This document shows positions 50,088 through 62,905 of a stretch of 64,000 nucleotides of DNA, in pieces. The notes under the pieces are model-generated. The model was given only the letters and a program-made list of their open reading frames with translations, was not told the origin of the DNA and ran no database searches. Origin of the DNA: Saccostrea echinata (lineage: Eukaryota); contig NW_026889761.1 of assembly GCF_033153115.1 (NCBI RefSeq), forward strand, positions 21,824,001 through 21,888,000. The letters are read 5' to 3'. The position numbers and the translations under genes are program-made. How positions within the stretch are numbered: position 1 is the stretch's first letter; every line of letters begins with the position of its first letter.

Positions 50088-50267
50088 CATATACATTACA
50101 TTAATATAAGTTGTTTCCCTTTATTTTAGAACTCTTTAGCGTTTGAAGTCGTGGTTGCAAATGTCAACAACAAAGTGAAACCGAAAATTGAAGGAAATTT
50201 TTAGAAAGTCAATATAAAACAGAATTCCCAGGATCTAATTATAAAACAACAAAAGGCATACACAAGT

Positions 50268-52610
50268 ATGAGTAGATCATTCACAGTGAAACCATCTGTA
50301 GCATACAGTCAGGGCAGAGGAAGGGGTGCACCTACAAACCAACCGTCGGTAGGGCGAGGGAGGGCGAGAGGAGGAACAACTGTGAGAACACAGACAGACA
50401 GACTAGCAACACGATCAACACAAGCTGATATGGATAAAGATCAGGGACAGCTTGGGGATGGAACTGTCGGTCGACAGCCCGGGGGAGCGGGCGCCGGGAT
50501 GGAACAGAGAATGAGCCACCAAGGAGCCTTTACAATGATAACTCCCAATGAAAGGAAACGGCAACAGGTTGCAGAACAAGCCAGGCGGGAGGAAGAGGCC
50601 TATCAGAGGTACAATACAAAGACTTGTTGTCTAAACCACAGGTACTTGGGTCTCCATTTATAGATATGTATACCTAATTGATCTTTTATCTATACATATA
50701 TCAATTAGGTATACATAAGTAAGTCAATATAAAGTAATGTTTTTCCCATTGCCGATGAAAAGATTTGTGAAAGCCTACCAGGCATAAGCCCAGCCGGCTA
50801 GCTTAAATTGGTGTATTTAGGGATAGAGACATTAATTTAATAGGGGGAAATGTGGCGGTCAGGCAGGATGTTTGCCAGTGTACAGTAGCTTGATTGTTAA
50901 AGCACCTGCTTCAAGGGAATTTTAATTTAATAGGGGGAAATGTGGCAGTCAGGCGAGCCAGGTGTTTGCCAGTGTCCAGTAGCCTAGCCGCCAGTGGTTG
51001 TTAAAGCACCTGTTTGGAGGGAGCTTAGTTTAAATTCTGTGGTCTTCCACCCTTCTTGTTGCACTTCTGAATCATAAAAACAGGCCTTGTAAAGTAAACC
51101 AAATCTACCTGACAGATATAATTATTTACCTTAATTAAACCTTGGTATAGTTTTTCTCTAATTTTTTAGGGCTTTTGATTGTCTATATTTGGGGCCACTG
51201 AACAACTCTTTCACAATGAAAAATCCATGTTCAATTGGTTCTTTTTTCTTTAACTGAATGACTGAATGGTTCTTTTCCCATTTGTTATTTCAATCATAAA
51301 AGGTAATTGATAATTAATGAAACAACAGAATTATGGATTTTTAAAAATTAAACTTTTTTCTTTATGTTGACTTTCCCAAAAACTGCTAATTTTCAAAATT
51401 TGAATGGCCTCAGCCAATGTACCAATAGGGATGCGAGAGCCCTGAGACTTCTAAAATCATCAATTTAATATATTCATAAAGGGGAATAACTTCTGCAAGA
51501 ACCACAGCAGTGATATTTGTATCTCCATTATCACTCATCACCAGTTATTCTCATGGATAATATGAGTTGTTCTTCTTTGATCACATAATTTCTCTCTAGG
51601 CATAAGGAAAACAACAGGCTTGGGCATGTGAGCTACGTTGGAACAGTTGGTGGAGCACAGAAAACTGAGAATGAGGCTCGGCATCAGCAAGCTCAAACCC
51701 ACAAATCGTCAAAGTTTGACAGTATTCAGAAAAGACAGGCCGCACGAGATGCTGTGAAGAGGAGAGATGAGGAAGAGATTTCAAAAATGAAAGCTGAACA
51801 GAGGAGGAAAGCTCAGCAGAACACAAGGTCTGAGGCAGAGAGACAACAAAGGCTGCAGGAGGACCATCGCACGAAAAATGAGGCTTTCCTTAAAAGAATT
51901 GAGGCAGAACAGAAATCAAAGTCCAGATCAAAATATAGTCAACCCAGTGCCAGTACAGTGCCTGTTGTTGAAACAGTATGTATATATATACTGGGGTGTT
52001 TTTTTTAATATGTAAATATTTTTCTTTCAGACTGTGTGACTGGAATTAAAATTTAGTTCGATTCCCAGGTCCTTGCGATTGACTTACCTTCAAAAATCCC
52101 CTCTCTATTAGTCATCAGTTTTTATGTATTTTTCTCCAAGTTAATATTTTTGTTCGAATTGCATGTGAAACTATGTATGCAATATGTATAGCGATTTTAA
52201 TACTATGAGTAAAATATTAATTATAAACTGCCATTAGGTCAAAATTGTGGTCATTGCCAAAGGGAAAACAAACTTAAGCCTTAAACCTTGCAAATTGAGC
52301 ATCCCTTTTTTCCAATTCTCTTTAATATATGCATACTAATTCTAACTGATATATTGAATTTACTAAAGTATCTAAAACTTTACAATTTAACTAGGAGAAG
52401 AGAGAAGCAGCCTCATCTGGTGACACCCTCCATAATAATGGGGATCCCCCCTTTGTGAACACTGTTGGTAATCTTTCACTTGGGAACACCTATGATGATC
52501 CTTCACTCAGGGAGCTACAGCGTATGTTTCCTTCATATGACCAGGATACCTTAAGGGACATTTTATTACAGGCAGGGTCAGTAGAGGATGCCGCTTCCTT
52601 ACTATCCTGA
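50268..52610 (+). CDS. EPSTI1: EPSTI1-like coiled-coil protein with C-terminal CUE domain, 3 exons, 310 aa
   Basis: Exons 50268-50608, 51600-51975, 52395-52610. GAFTMITPNERKRQQ..VGG..ENEARHQQ..SKF..EEEISKMKAEQRRK resembles the EPSTI1 core. The last exon encodes LRELQRMFPSYDQDTLRDIL..GSVEDAASLL. Confidence 0.8.
50821..51063 (+). mobile_element. Degenerate TRIM 3' end (PPT plus tRNA-like mini-LTR), partially duplicated
   Basis: TTAATTTAATAGGGGGAAA|TGTGGC.GTCAGGC occurs twice, 90 bp apart. A-box-like GTAGCTTGATTGTTAAAGCACCTG; ends TGTTGCA. Confidence 0.45.
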
Positions 52611-54395
52611 GTTGGTGGAAAGATGAAATCAAACTTCCATGTTGCAGTGTTCTTAAAATATGGCAAAGACGTAGATCCTGCTTTATATATAAACATTGCA
52701 AAGCTGCTTTTTTCATGTCAATAATTTTAGATGTAAAAAATGAACTATTTTTATTTATAATGATATAACATACACGTACATATACATGTACATCTTAGAG
52801 AGAATCTCTAAAATGCAGATATTGCCAAATATCAAAAATGTTAAGATTGGCTTCGTTCATGTCTGAATATTACATGTAGTAGTAAGAAAATTAGAAATAT
52901 GTACAAATCTATTTAACTGCTTAAAAGAAATGATAAATGCACTCATCCTATGCAATTCAAATGGCTCTTTTTGTTTAAATTGAATTTATTTAGTTAATTT
53001 TAGGTATCAGTATGTATATATATTTAATTATCAATATGTATACATATATGTTTAAGTTATCTGTGATAGCTTTTATCATTTTAATCCTTTTAACTTTTGA
53101 TTATATTTTGTTGTTTTGTTCAATTGCTTCATCAGTAAGGTCTGTATCAACTTATTTCATAAGAGAAATGTCTACATTTTGTAAACTTAATTGTCAGGCC
53201 TAGCTTATATCTTTGAGGTCATTATAGCCATCAACCATTTCTTAATTCTGAAATAAGATTTAGACAAAATCTAAAATTCACATACAATTTGTAATACAGA
53301 ATCAATGAATGAGAAATTTGAAAATATCAAAGATTCTTTTAATTCACAGAAATAAAATATTTGTACCAATTGCTTTTTTTAAATAGTACAGTAAAACATG
53401 TCTTATCCAGACACCACTGGTTCCCTTAAATTTGCCAGATTATTCAACACTTATTGCAAAGGATGACTGCACTTAACGCCGGGTTTTGGGTCTTTTTCGG
53501 TCGCTTCTGTTGCTTTTATATCATAATCTTATTTCATTTTTATATATTTATGAAAGAATCCTGTCAATTTCGAGCCGAATTTAAATATTAAAATGATCTT
53601 GGACTGTGATACAATAAAATGATTCTATGTTTTCTGTCCTTACTCTTTCCAAATATAGAGAATTTACACTTACCTGCCCTTGATTAAACATTAGGTATGC
53701 ATGAGAGTAGGAGCTAATATTGTAAGAATGGGTCTAAAGTTAGACTAGATAAATAACAATGACATGTATTAAAAAAATACGAGATCACTCTTTCCCATTC
53801 CCTCTTTATGCTGTATGGCACAAGTACACTATTTTCAGAGGTTTCAAAAACGAAATTAACAATATGAGCGACGTCCATGTAAGTAAAGAATCTTTTAAAT
53901 CGATGCCTAACAATTTAACGTGTTCGAGCACTTTGTCCTAGTTAGCACAAAACATGCTACCTTACAAGTCACGTGACGGAATTTAGTATTCACAGAGTTA
54001 CCTGAGGTAAGAAATCACGTGTGAATTATAATATTCAACATGTCACAACCCTTGGTTACAATAGAGAGAGCGAATGTAAGAAGAAGCAGTTTTTTCTCGT
54101 TTAAACCAAGAGCGCATGTTTGTCTATTAATCTCCCTTTGACACAACATTGTTAATGCAAATATACAACTACTGTTAAACGGAGAACAATAGACAAACAT
54201 GCGCTGACTATGTATAAAGTCAGTGAAAAAGTGGGCGTCCTCATTATCGTACGGAGATTCAAGGAATTGTGATGACCCCCGCCTTAGAAAACAGCTTCGT
54301 ACTTCGTAAATACGTACTTTTATTTAATGTAATTACATAAAGTTGTAGATTAGATGTTGACCATTCGTGCAATTAAAAGAAAAATGCTTGTTTTG

Positions 54396-55129
54396 AAAGA
54401 AGATGGGTGAACAAGGCGGGCGAAGTGCCTATAGTGCGACAAACATGAAGTGAAAAATAAAATCTCATTTATATAAAAATTTTCTTTGATATTTCATCTA
54501 TTATTAAAGTACACTTTATGTAAAATCTCTACAATTTACAAAAATCTCACAAAGACTGAAATTATTTGCCTACGAAAGAGCATACACACACTAAAGAGGA
54601 CAAAAAGGATCATTTTCTCATACTTTAACAAACTTTTTCGATATGAGTGGGTCTTTGCTCCATATTTTTGAAAGTTAATCCTAAAAGTTTGCATAAAAAT
54701 ATACATTTTTTGGTTTACAAAAACATGGAGCAAAGACCCACTATACCTTAAAAATACACTTTTATGACAAAGCATTCGCATCTTTCCGAGAAATACTTGA
54801 AGTCCATTAAGTCAAGGGTGATATCACAAATATGGTTTAAATGCCACTATTTATCAGGAGCTGTGTAGCGTAGTGGTTAGCGTGTTAGTCTCAAAGCATA
54901 ATGATTTTTATTGATAGGGGTTCGAATCCCACGAATACAATTTTATTTTTTTCATAAAGAATAATTTTTTTCCGAGATCTTTTTTCCTCAGAAAAGTTTT
55001 GTTGATTATAACTTCATAAATTTCAATAATGAGAACTTTACTTTAAATACTTAATTCACATATTGAATATATTTTTTTAAATATCTGAAGCTATAGGCAT
55101 TCTGCACGCTTTGTTCACCCATCTTCTTT
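54396..55129. mobile_element. TIR element with 6-bp TSD carrying an internal tRNA-like segment
   Basis: AAAGAAGATGGGTGAACAA..GCCTATAG / CTATAGGC..TTGTTCACCCATCTTCTTT, GTTTTG on both sides, A/B boxes at 54866-54929. Confidence 0.75.
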
Positions 55130-56077
55130 GTTTTGTCACAATTTTCGCATGTTCTTAAGTGCGGTCATCCTTTTGCCAATGGACCACAAAGCTCACATAT
55201 CAACAGATTCTTATCTAGAAAACTGACCAGTCAGCAATGGTCCTGCAGAGGAATAGAAATCTAATGGTGCAGACAGAGGGACCTTCCTATAGACCTTGCT
55301 GGGTCCTATTTGCCATGAAAATGATTCAATCATGAACCTTAATTGCAATCACATACTGAAAATCCAGTGACTTGGTACATGTATGTTCCAGGAATATTTA
55401 CAACGAATTTGATGGCATATGACTTGGGTTTATTTTGAATATACTGAGTAGCAATTGCACCAAAGTTCCCAAAACTGACAGGCTTAAAAAACCTGCCTAG
55501 AGTGGTTTTGTGTCTTCAGAGGTAAGGGGGGGGGGGGGGGAAGATGGGGTCAACCATGTTCATTCTCTGTGGCCAGGTCCCTTAGTTGGTAATAACACAT
55601 TTTCCAAAATAAAGCTAAAACATTTAAGGAGTCAGTTTTGGTTGTATTCTAAAGACCTTGATATTTTCCTTAAAAATGGTATACTTCAGAGGAATTGCAC
55701 ATCAAAATATATAATGGAAATGTGCAACAGAGGTTCATGTCAGTTTGATATCAGTGTTCTCCGTCATTTAAAATTTAACTGTGGCTCAAACTGTGTGAAT
55801 ATTATCAGAGTTTAAGGGCATTTTGTTGTAATGACTGACAAAACTCAAGGTTAGGGTTAACATATATCAGTTAGTTTTTAATTTATTAAAACTTTTATTC
55901 AAGGTTAATTACATCTTTCAAACATCCCCTTGTAAGAATGGCAAATCAGAGGCATGGACAAATACACCCCGCTGGGTTTTTCAGAGAAAGTACCAAATCA
56001 CTAATGTTTTCTAGATGTGAGAGGTGTTCACAATTTCCTTAAACATTTACAGTGAAAATTTAATTACTCATTATATT

Positions 56078-56300
56078 TTTTTATACGTCCGTCTTAAGAC
56101 GGGACGTATTATATTATAGCGTTCATGTCCGTCCGTCCGTCTGTTAGCTTTTTCATGTCTGACTCATAACTTTAGTAGTATTAGGCCTAGAATTATCAAA
56201 CTTTGTCAGCTGATACATCTAGGGTAAACGGTGTGTCGCACATTAAAACCAGGTCGCTCTGACCTTTAATAAAGACGCTATGGCCAAATATGGAAAAATC
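56078..56300 (-). mobile_element. HINE-type terminal fragment
   Basis: T-run, palindrome ATACGTCCGTCTTAAGACGGGACGTAT, then (GTCC)n microsatellite. Confidence 0.6.
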
Positions 56301-56454
56301 ATAACTAGAAAACCATTAGACTTTGAATCAAACAACTATGTCTTTTAACTTTTAAATTACACAATCCCAAAAGATGTCAGAGTATTGCAGTATCTTTATT
56401 AAAAAAGTGTTAAATCAAGAAAATACTAGTCTTATTTCTTTCATTATGTTCTTT

Positions 56455-57400
56455 ACAGCAATCTGTAACAAGAAAAATTCCACCTCTCCCATGGGTGTAA
56501 TGATCAGGCACTGGTCAAGGAAAATTTTGATAGCAGAAAATTGCATGTCAAATTAGAGATAAATTAATGAGTTTAGTGTGAGGAGATAACTGGTAGAGCA
56601 TCTCTGATCAAGCACGTGTTATCTACATCTCTTGGGAAATGGGCAAAAGGAATCAGTCTCTTAATTAATTGCTTGTGTTGTATTGAATTGTTCTTGTTGG
56701 CTAGTCTTACTTTCAAGATAAATTTGATGCAATTAAAACTAATTTGATATTGTATATAATAATTAAAACTTATATGATATAATTTAAACTAATTATTTAT
56801 TGTACATTTTTTTTTTGAATTTTTATATCTTTACAACAAATTGCAGACTGCCTTATCTCGCTAAGATGTCATTCGAACAATTGAATCTAAACTGTTTATG
56901 ATAATTTAACAATATTTGATGGGTGTATAACGCTGTGGTGGGGCACTTTATTTAATGAATGAAACTAAGGTGCAGCCTAATAAAACATCAACACTAATAA
57001 TTACAGTGTTTTTTATTACATTGAAAAAATAGTTTGCAACTATCTGTCATCTTTGTGAGACATGACACTCTGCAAATTGATTGTTGAAAAAAAAAATCAT
57101 AATTAATTATACAAAATCAAATTGATTTTAATACATGTACCTTTATATCAAACTCATTTTAAAAATAAAAGGCTGGTTTTAGTAACTATGTATTTTGACA
57201 GACATAAATAACAGTTAAGAGACTTAGACAACAGAGATCTTTATTTCTTTCTGCCCAATTCCCCGGAGATATAGATAAGACCTGCTTGATCAGAGATGCC
57301 CTAACAGCTTCCCACACTGAACTCATTAATTAATCTTTAACTGGATGCCTGTCCACTCATTACTCCCAAGGGACAAATGGATTTACACTATCTGCTGTGT
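56455..57400. mobile_element. Old DNA transposon with long degenerate TIRs
   Basis: GCATCTCTGATCAAGCA..TTATCTACATCTC (about 56598) is inverted against GAGATATAGATAAGACCTGCTTGATCAGAGATGC (about 57267). Confidence 0.5.
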
Positions 57401-57559
57401 AATGTAAAAACTGTTTTTAATACTTACTGTTTTTAATACTTTGTGTTTTTTTTTTTTTTTTAGTTCTAATGAGTAGTTTTAAGCTGTAGTTCACATTTTT
57501 GTACAGATGTTCTAGATTCTATGTCTCAAACCTTAGACATGAACCCGAAATGACTAAGT

Positions 57560-57943
57560 CAATAAAAATTAAAAAAAAAACCACACCTGTAAAATGCAGA
57601 AAAATTATCAAATAATGTTGAAAATACCAGGTGCACATCTTCATATGGTAAATAATAAGTGTACAAATTTTCATACAAATCTATGCAATAGTTTCTGGGA
57701 ACAGATCCAGACAAAACCACATAATAAAATGAAAAAACACCTGTAAAATGCAAAAAAATTATCCAATCATAATGAAAATACCCGGTGCACACCTTCATAT
57801 GGCGAATAATAAGTGTACAAATTTTCAGGCAAATCCTTCCAACAGTTTCCAAGAAATGGTCCGGACAAAATCTCATCTACAGACAGACGGACATGCTGAT
57901 TCCAATATACCCCCCTAAACTTCGTTTGCGGGGGGTATAACAA
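57560..57943 (+). mobile_element. HINE-type element with two ~155-bp units
   Basis: Two copies of CACCTGTAAAATGCA..GGTGCACA..TTCATATGG..AATAAGTGTACAAA, then ACAGACAGACGGAC and the 3' palindrome ATACCCCC..GGGGGTAT. Confidence 0.75.
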
Positions 57944-59141
57944 TATTTTATGTTTGTAGGAATGGAATTTGGCAATAGACAGAACCTAAAAAAAAATAAT
58001 AAAGATGTACAGTTGAACATGTATATAACCCTCCATTTACATTTATTTGGCTAACCTCTTTTTGATCCTATCAGATCTAGTTTCAATACTTTCTTCAGTG
58101 ATTTTCCCCAAAATTTTGTATAATTTAAAATTCCTAATATCTTCAGTTTAATAATTATAATGTTCTACTTTCTATCTGATATTACCCTTTGAAGAACTCA
58201 GTTATTGTGTGTAAATTTCATAGCTAGGATTGAAATGTTTTTAGACTAATTACAGTCTTGTTGTTTTCCTTTTATGATCTTGGTGCAATAAGTATCCACG
58301 AAATCTGATCATCTTCAGCGCAATGAAAGCCTTTCTGTGAAATTCACTAAACTATAAATAATTTCTGACATAGTCAATGAAGATTTTAACAGTGCTTTAA
58401 TGGCCCATTAAAATTATTGCAAGATCACTTGATGTTGAATTACAGCTCTGGAATTGCAGCTCTGGAGAAGAATTTGAAATGTTCGATTTTTTAAGGCTAT
58501 ACACTTGACATACCTCAGTCAGAAAAGCTACCTTGAATTCCAGCTAAGTTAAGCTACAATGAATAAAATACTGAATACTTTGCTTTTAAATACATTTCAT
58601 GGGCACACATAAATGTAGTATACATTGTATATAATTTCATAAATGAAAATTCAAACACATCTTTTATAGAATGTAAAAAGATGAATATATGGTCAGATTT
58701 AGTTACACATTTATTACTTTTTTCATGGGAAAGTTTTGGTCATATAGATAATATGGCTGTACGTAGATTCCTTCCATATGGAAACTCCTAGAAATATTGA
58801 GGTTTTGTGTATGACAAAATTTATATGCAACTCATGGAATTCTGATACAGAATATCTATTTTTCATAACTGACACAAAAGTCCTAAAATCTAAGAGCTTC
58901 CATTGCTTGAAGGTTGGTTTCTGTATATGGATGTCTCACATTAGCATTTTATAGGTAAAAATTTCATACTGTTTACTGGCATATTGTACCAGTATTTTGT
59001 TGAAAATCTAGATGTATGAATATTACAATTTTTTTTTCCACATAAATATTTACATACATGTATATACCAGTGCAATGTACACCAGATAATTATCTGTCAG
59101 AATTGAAATTTCATTAAGCTCCAGAAAGTTTTCAGTCCTCA

Positions 59142-62104
59142 TCAATCGTCACACACATCATTCATTTGCTTCAACATTTCCTTCTGGAACAGGCTGTTTC
59201 TATCACTGAATCCTAGCCGTCCTTTTCCAAAAGAGTTTGGACCTGTTGATGTGGGAGTATCTCTGCAAGACAATAATTTTTTTTTAAAGTTTTCTTCATC
59301 AGTAAATGACCTTCACAGTAGCTCAGTCAGTAGAGTGCTCGCTTCAAACAATGTCACTTATTTAGCAAATCTACCAGTAAGACATAAAGACATTAATGTT
59401 ATTCTAACCCTGACTTTGTTTCACTTGAGAAAAATTTGAGCTTTTTTCATTTGATATGGAGTCTAATGAGAACAAAATGCACATGGGCCACACTGCTTAC
59501 CTGAGTCTCTATTTGTTTGTTGACAAATTAATACATAGTTTCATAGATAAAAGAAATCCCTTACTGTGACATTCAAATTAAAATTGAGTATTTCTAAAAT
59601 TTTCATTCAACGAGTTGACTCAGGACCCCTGATGTTGTGAGGATGGCATTCTCCTTGCAGGTTTTTATATTTCTGGGTAAAATATTGTTACCTGATTGTG
59701 CCCCCACCCTAGTTCTAGGGGCCATGACTGGAATAAAATTGAATATTGAATATGCATTATATGGGGATGGTTGCATATTTAAGAACTTCCTGATATTCTT
59801 ATGTAAAACGTTAACCCTCTATCACATCCAGGATTTGAAGATATACTACATGAGGATGCATGTTAATTTGACTAATTAAGGTCACAAAGGGAAGAAGAAT
59901 TTTCAACACAGTTATTGTAAATTAATTTTTTATCGTGCAATCTGAAAATGCCTTTTTAGGTCAATCTTGAAGTCTTACCTTCCCACATTCTTCATCCTCA
60001 TCTTAGCCTCTGGTGGCATCTCCTCTTCTTCATCACTCTGAAATATTTATTTGTGACATGATTAAGTTTTCATCCTGATTCCAACTGGACTATTACCCAC
60101 TGCAGGGGGTAAACTAAAACAAATTAATTTTCAAAGACTTCTAATGCTCTTCTTATAGAAAAAAGATACGTCTTTAAGAATTTTACATTACTAAGTCCTT
60201 TAAAAATTTTACACTCTCGGCTCATGTGACCTTTCCTTGTCAGGATTATGACATATCTTATGCTCATAATCAGAGGTGATATGAAGTATGACCCTTTATT
60301 ACTCCCTTACAAGTTATCCTATGGACAAAAATTTGACACTTCCAGCTCAGTGACCTTGTCCAAATGATAATGGTATATAGAATCATGATAAACCTTCCAG
60401 TTGCAAACAGAACTATGCCAAGTATAACCTTCTATTGTTTCTTTATTTGAAGTTTATAGTACAACAATCATTCAACACTTCTGTACCTTGTGACCTTGTC
60501 CTCCTACAAATAACCTTGGTACAAGGCCACTACCTTTTCTGATCTCAACCTTTGTACCAAGTACCAGTTTCTTAAGTTTCTTGTTCACAAAGTTATGTCC
60601 AGAGAAGAATTTTACACTACTGGTATTTATAACTTTGCCAAAAAGAAAGAGATGGTAGGTTGACACATACAATTTTGACTTTAGAATCAAATTTAATACT
60701 TAAGAGTACTAATTTGTAGAACTTGTGATACATGTACTTGTAAAATTGTCTTTTTCTCTTGAACAACACAGAATTCAAAGCGAATTGATTTTGACACCTG
60801 CTAACCTACATATAGATGCTTTCTCATCTACTACATGTATAAAATAATGTAATGTGCTTGGTATGTGTAAGCTGTATAAATCAAACCAGATACCAGACAA
60901 GTGCCTGTTTCTTGTGTAAAAACAGCTTATGAGAATAAGAATATAACAAATTGAATGGCAATATGACACAGTAGAAGCAACATGCACATTACACACATGT
61001 TCACTTAAAAACAGTCAAATTAGTGTCTTCTAAAACACTACCATTTACTTTATCCAAAACTCTGAATCTTATATCATTATTTAATTAACTCAATTTTTTT
61101 TTACCTCCTGAAATCTAATTGATTTTTTTTAGACCCTACACTCTACAACATGTTTCATAAAAGCCCTGGATCATTGTCTATTTGTGTATGTCAGACTCAT
61201 CAAGAAATGTCCAGCACATTAGGACTTAATTAAATCTTGATGTAATTCCTGGTTAGTCCCTCTTACAGGACATTAACCTTTTAGCTACAAAAGATCAGGA
61301 AGAGAGTGCAGTATTGGTCATCCAAGGGTGATGCTGTTATCAGGTGCGAGGACTAATCATGCTCAATCAGAAAACTCATTACAGGAATAGATCCATTGTG
61401 ATTCCTTTTTTCCAAAGTCATACTTGGAGGTATTAAATGGCTAGCCTCCAACGCCTAGGGTCAGTTCTTGGTCAAGCTTTATTTATAGCTATGGTTTCAT
61501 AAGTATTGTCTCTTGGGCGTGGTTATTATTAAGTTCGTAAACTAGACCACTAATTTCACTAAAAATCAGCTACTAGAGAAATTTTGCATTAGTAAATAAG
61601 CATAGGGTGAATGATCCATTAGAATCAAGCAATCAATTAAGGATATCAAATTTAAAGCGAAGAATGACTCGTGTAATTCTCACCTCTTCCTCGTTAAAAA
61701 CAGAAGCTATTTTCTTAGTCTTGGGTAAGATAGGGGCTACTTCCTTTGGCTAAAAATAGCAAACATAATTATGCCTCATCAGTGTATACCATAGTACAAG
61801 ATTTTATTCAAACTGCATTCACAAATTGAGTAAATAGAAAGAAATAATATACTACATTAGCTGCATAAAATATGTACCTGTGATGAGAGAGAGATTTTAA
61901 TTGGTGCTGCTTTAGCTTTCTTTTCATTGGCCGACTCGGTATTTGGCAGCTTGTTTGCTGATTTAGAGCCTAACTTCATGGCAAATTTCTGTGCTTTAGC
62001 TGGTTGTGAGGGCTCATCACTAGCCTTTCTCTTCTCGGGACTGTGAATAGTGGGTTTTCCTGCTTCCAGTGGGGACTTCTCTGGTTCATAAGAGGGTTTC
62101 CCAC
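59142..62104 (-). CDS. PCNP: PEST proteolytic signal-containing nuclear protein, 3' four exons (first exon probably beyond the window)
   Basis: Exons 61878-62104 (or to 62128), 61684-61749, 59979-60037, 59142-59262. Sequence [48 protein letters not shown] matches the PCNP C-terminal signature. Confidence 0.92.
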
Positions 62105-62744
62105 CTGCATGGCTGGTAAACTTGGTCCCTGGTTAAGTGGAAATACTGGCAAATTTGAGAGAAGTAGATTTTTACAAAAAGCAGAAAAAGGGCATCTGAA
62201 ATCAATTACCTTTTTGAATGTATGCATAAGCATTCATGTAAAAACATTGAAACTGAAGCTGTTAACTGCAACATTTTTAATTTGCAGGTTTTTTTTTAGG
62301 TCTCTTAAAAAAATGTGGCCTTCTTGTTCTTGCAGAGGTGTATATATACTTCTATATAAAATTTAAAGCACCTATTAAGCAACACTCTAGCCACATAGGG
62401 CATTGTGGAATAAAATGAACGTACATTATTTAGTAATACACTGAGATATTTGTATTTTAAAATGACTAACTAGTGTACCGGGTATATCCCTGCTACACTT
62501 AATAAGGGGGAGACCCCTTAATTAGACTTATTTCTATCTATATTATACCTCTGTGTATTTTTTTCTTTATAAAAATATGACTAATAAACCTGCTATTTTT
62601 TCCTAAACAACCACAAATAGTTCTTGTGCTATTTGCCCATGGTGAAACTATTCACCAGCAACATTCAATTTCCTCATTTTTTGAATTCATCTCGGAACTT
62701 TTCTGGTTTTATCCATATCGTGAAGTAAAGGCCACTCCACTCCA

Positions 62745-62905
62745 GTATAATAAAACACCTATTTACTGACTATTTGGACAATAGCAAGTTTAATGTCCCC
62801 CTCAACAGCAACTATTTCCCTCAGACGTGTCTCAGAAAATAGTTGCTGTCTTGAGGGACAATAAACTTGCTATTGTCCTCATAGCTAGTAAATAGATGTA
62901 TAATA
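62745..62905. repeat. Imperfect fold-back palindrome
   Basis: GGACAATAGCAAGTTTA..CAGCAACTATTT / AAATAGTTGCTG..TAAACTTGCTATTGTCC. Confidence 0.75.

Noticed and set aside
59310-59350. tRNA-like GTAGCTCAGTCAGTAGAG in a PCNP intron
   Set aside because: Only an A-box fragment with no B-box or boundaries; probably a SINE-head remnant.
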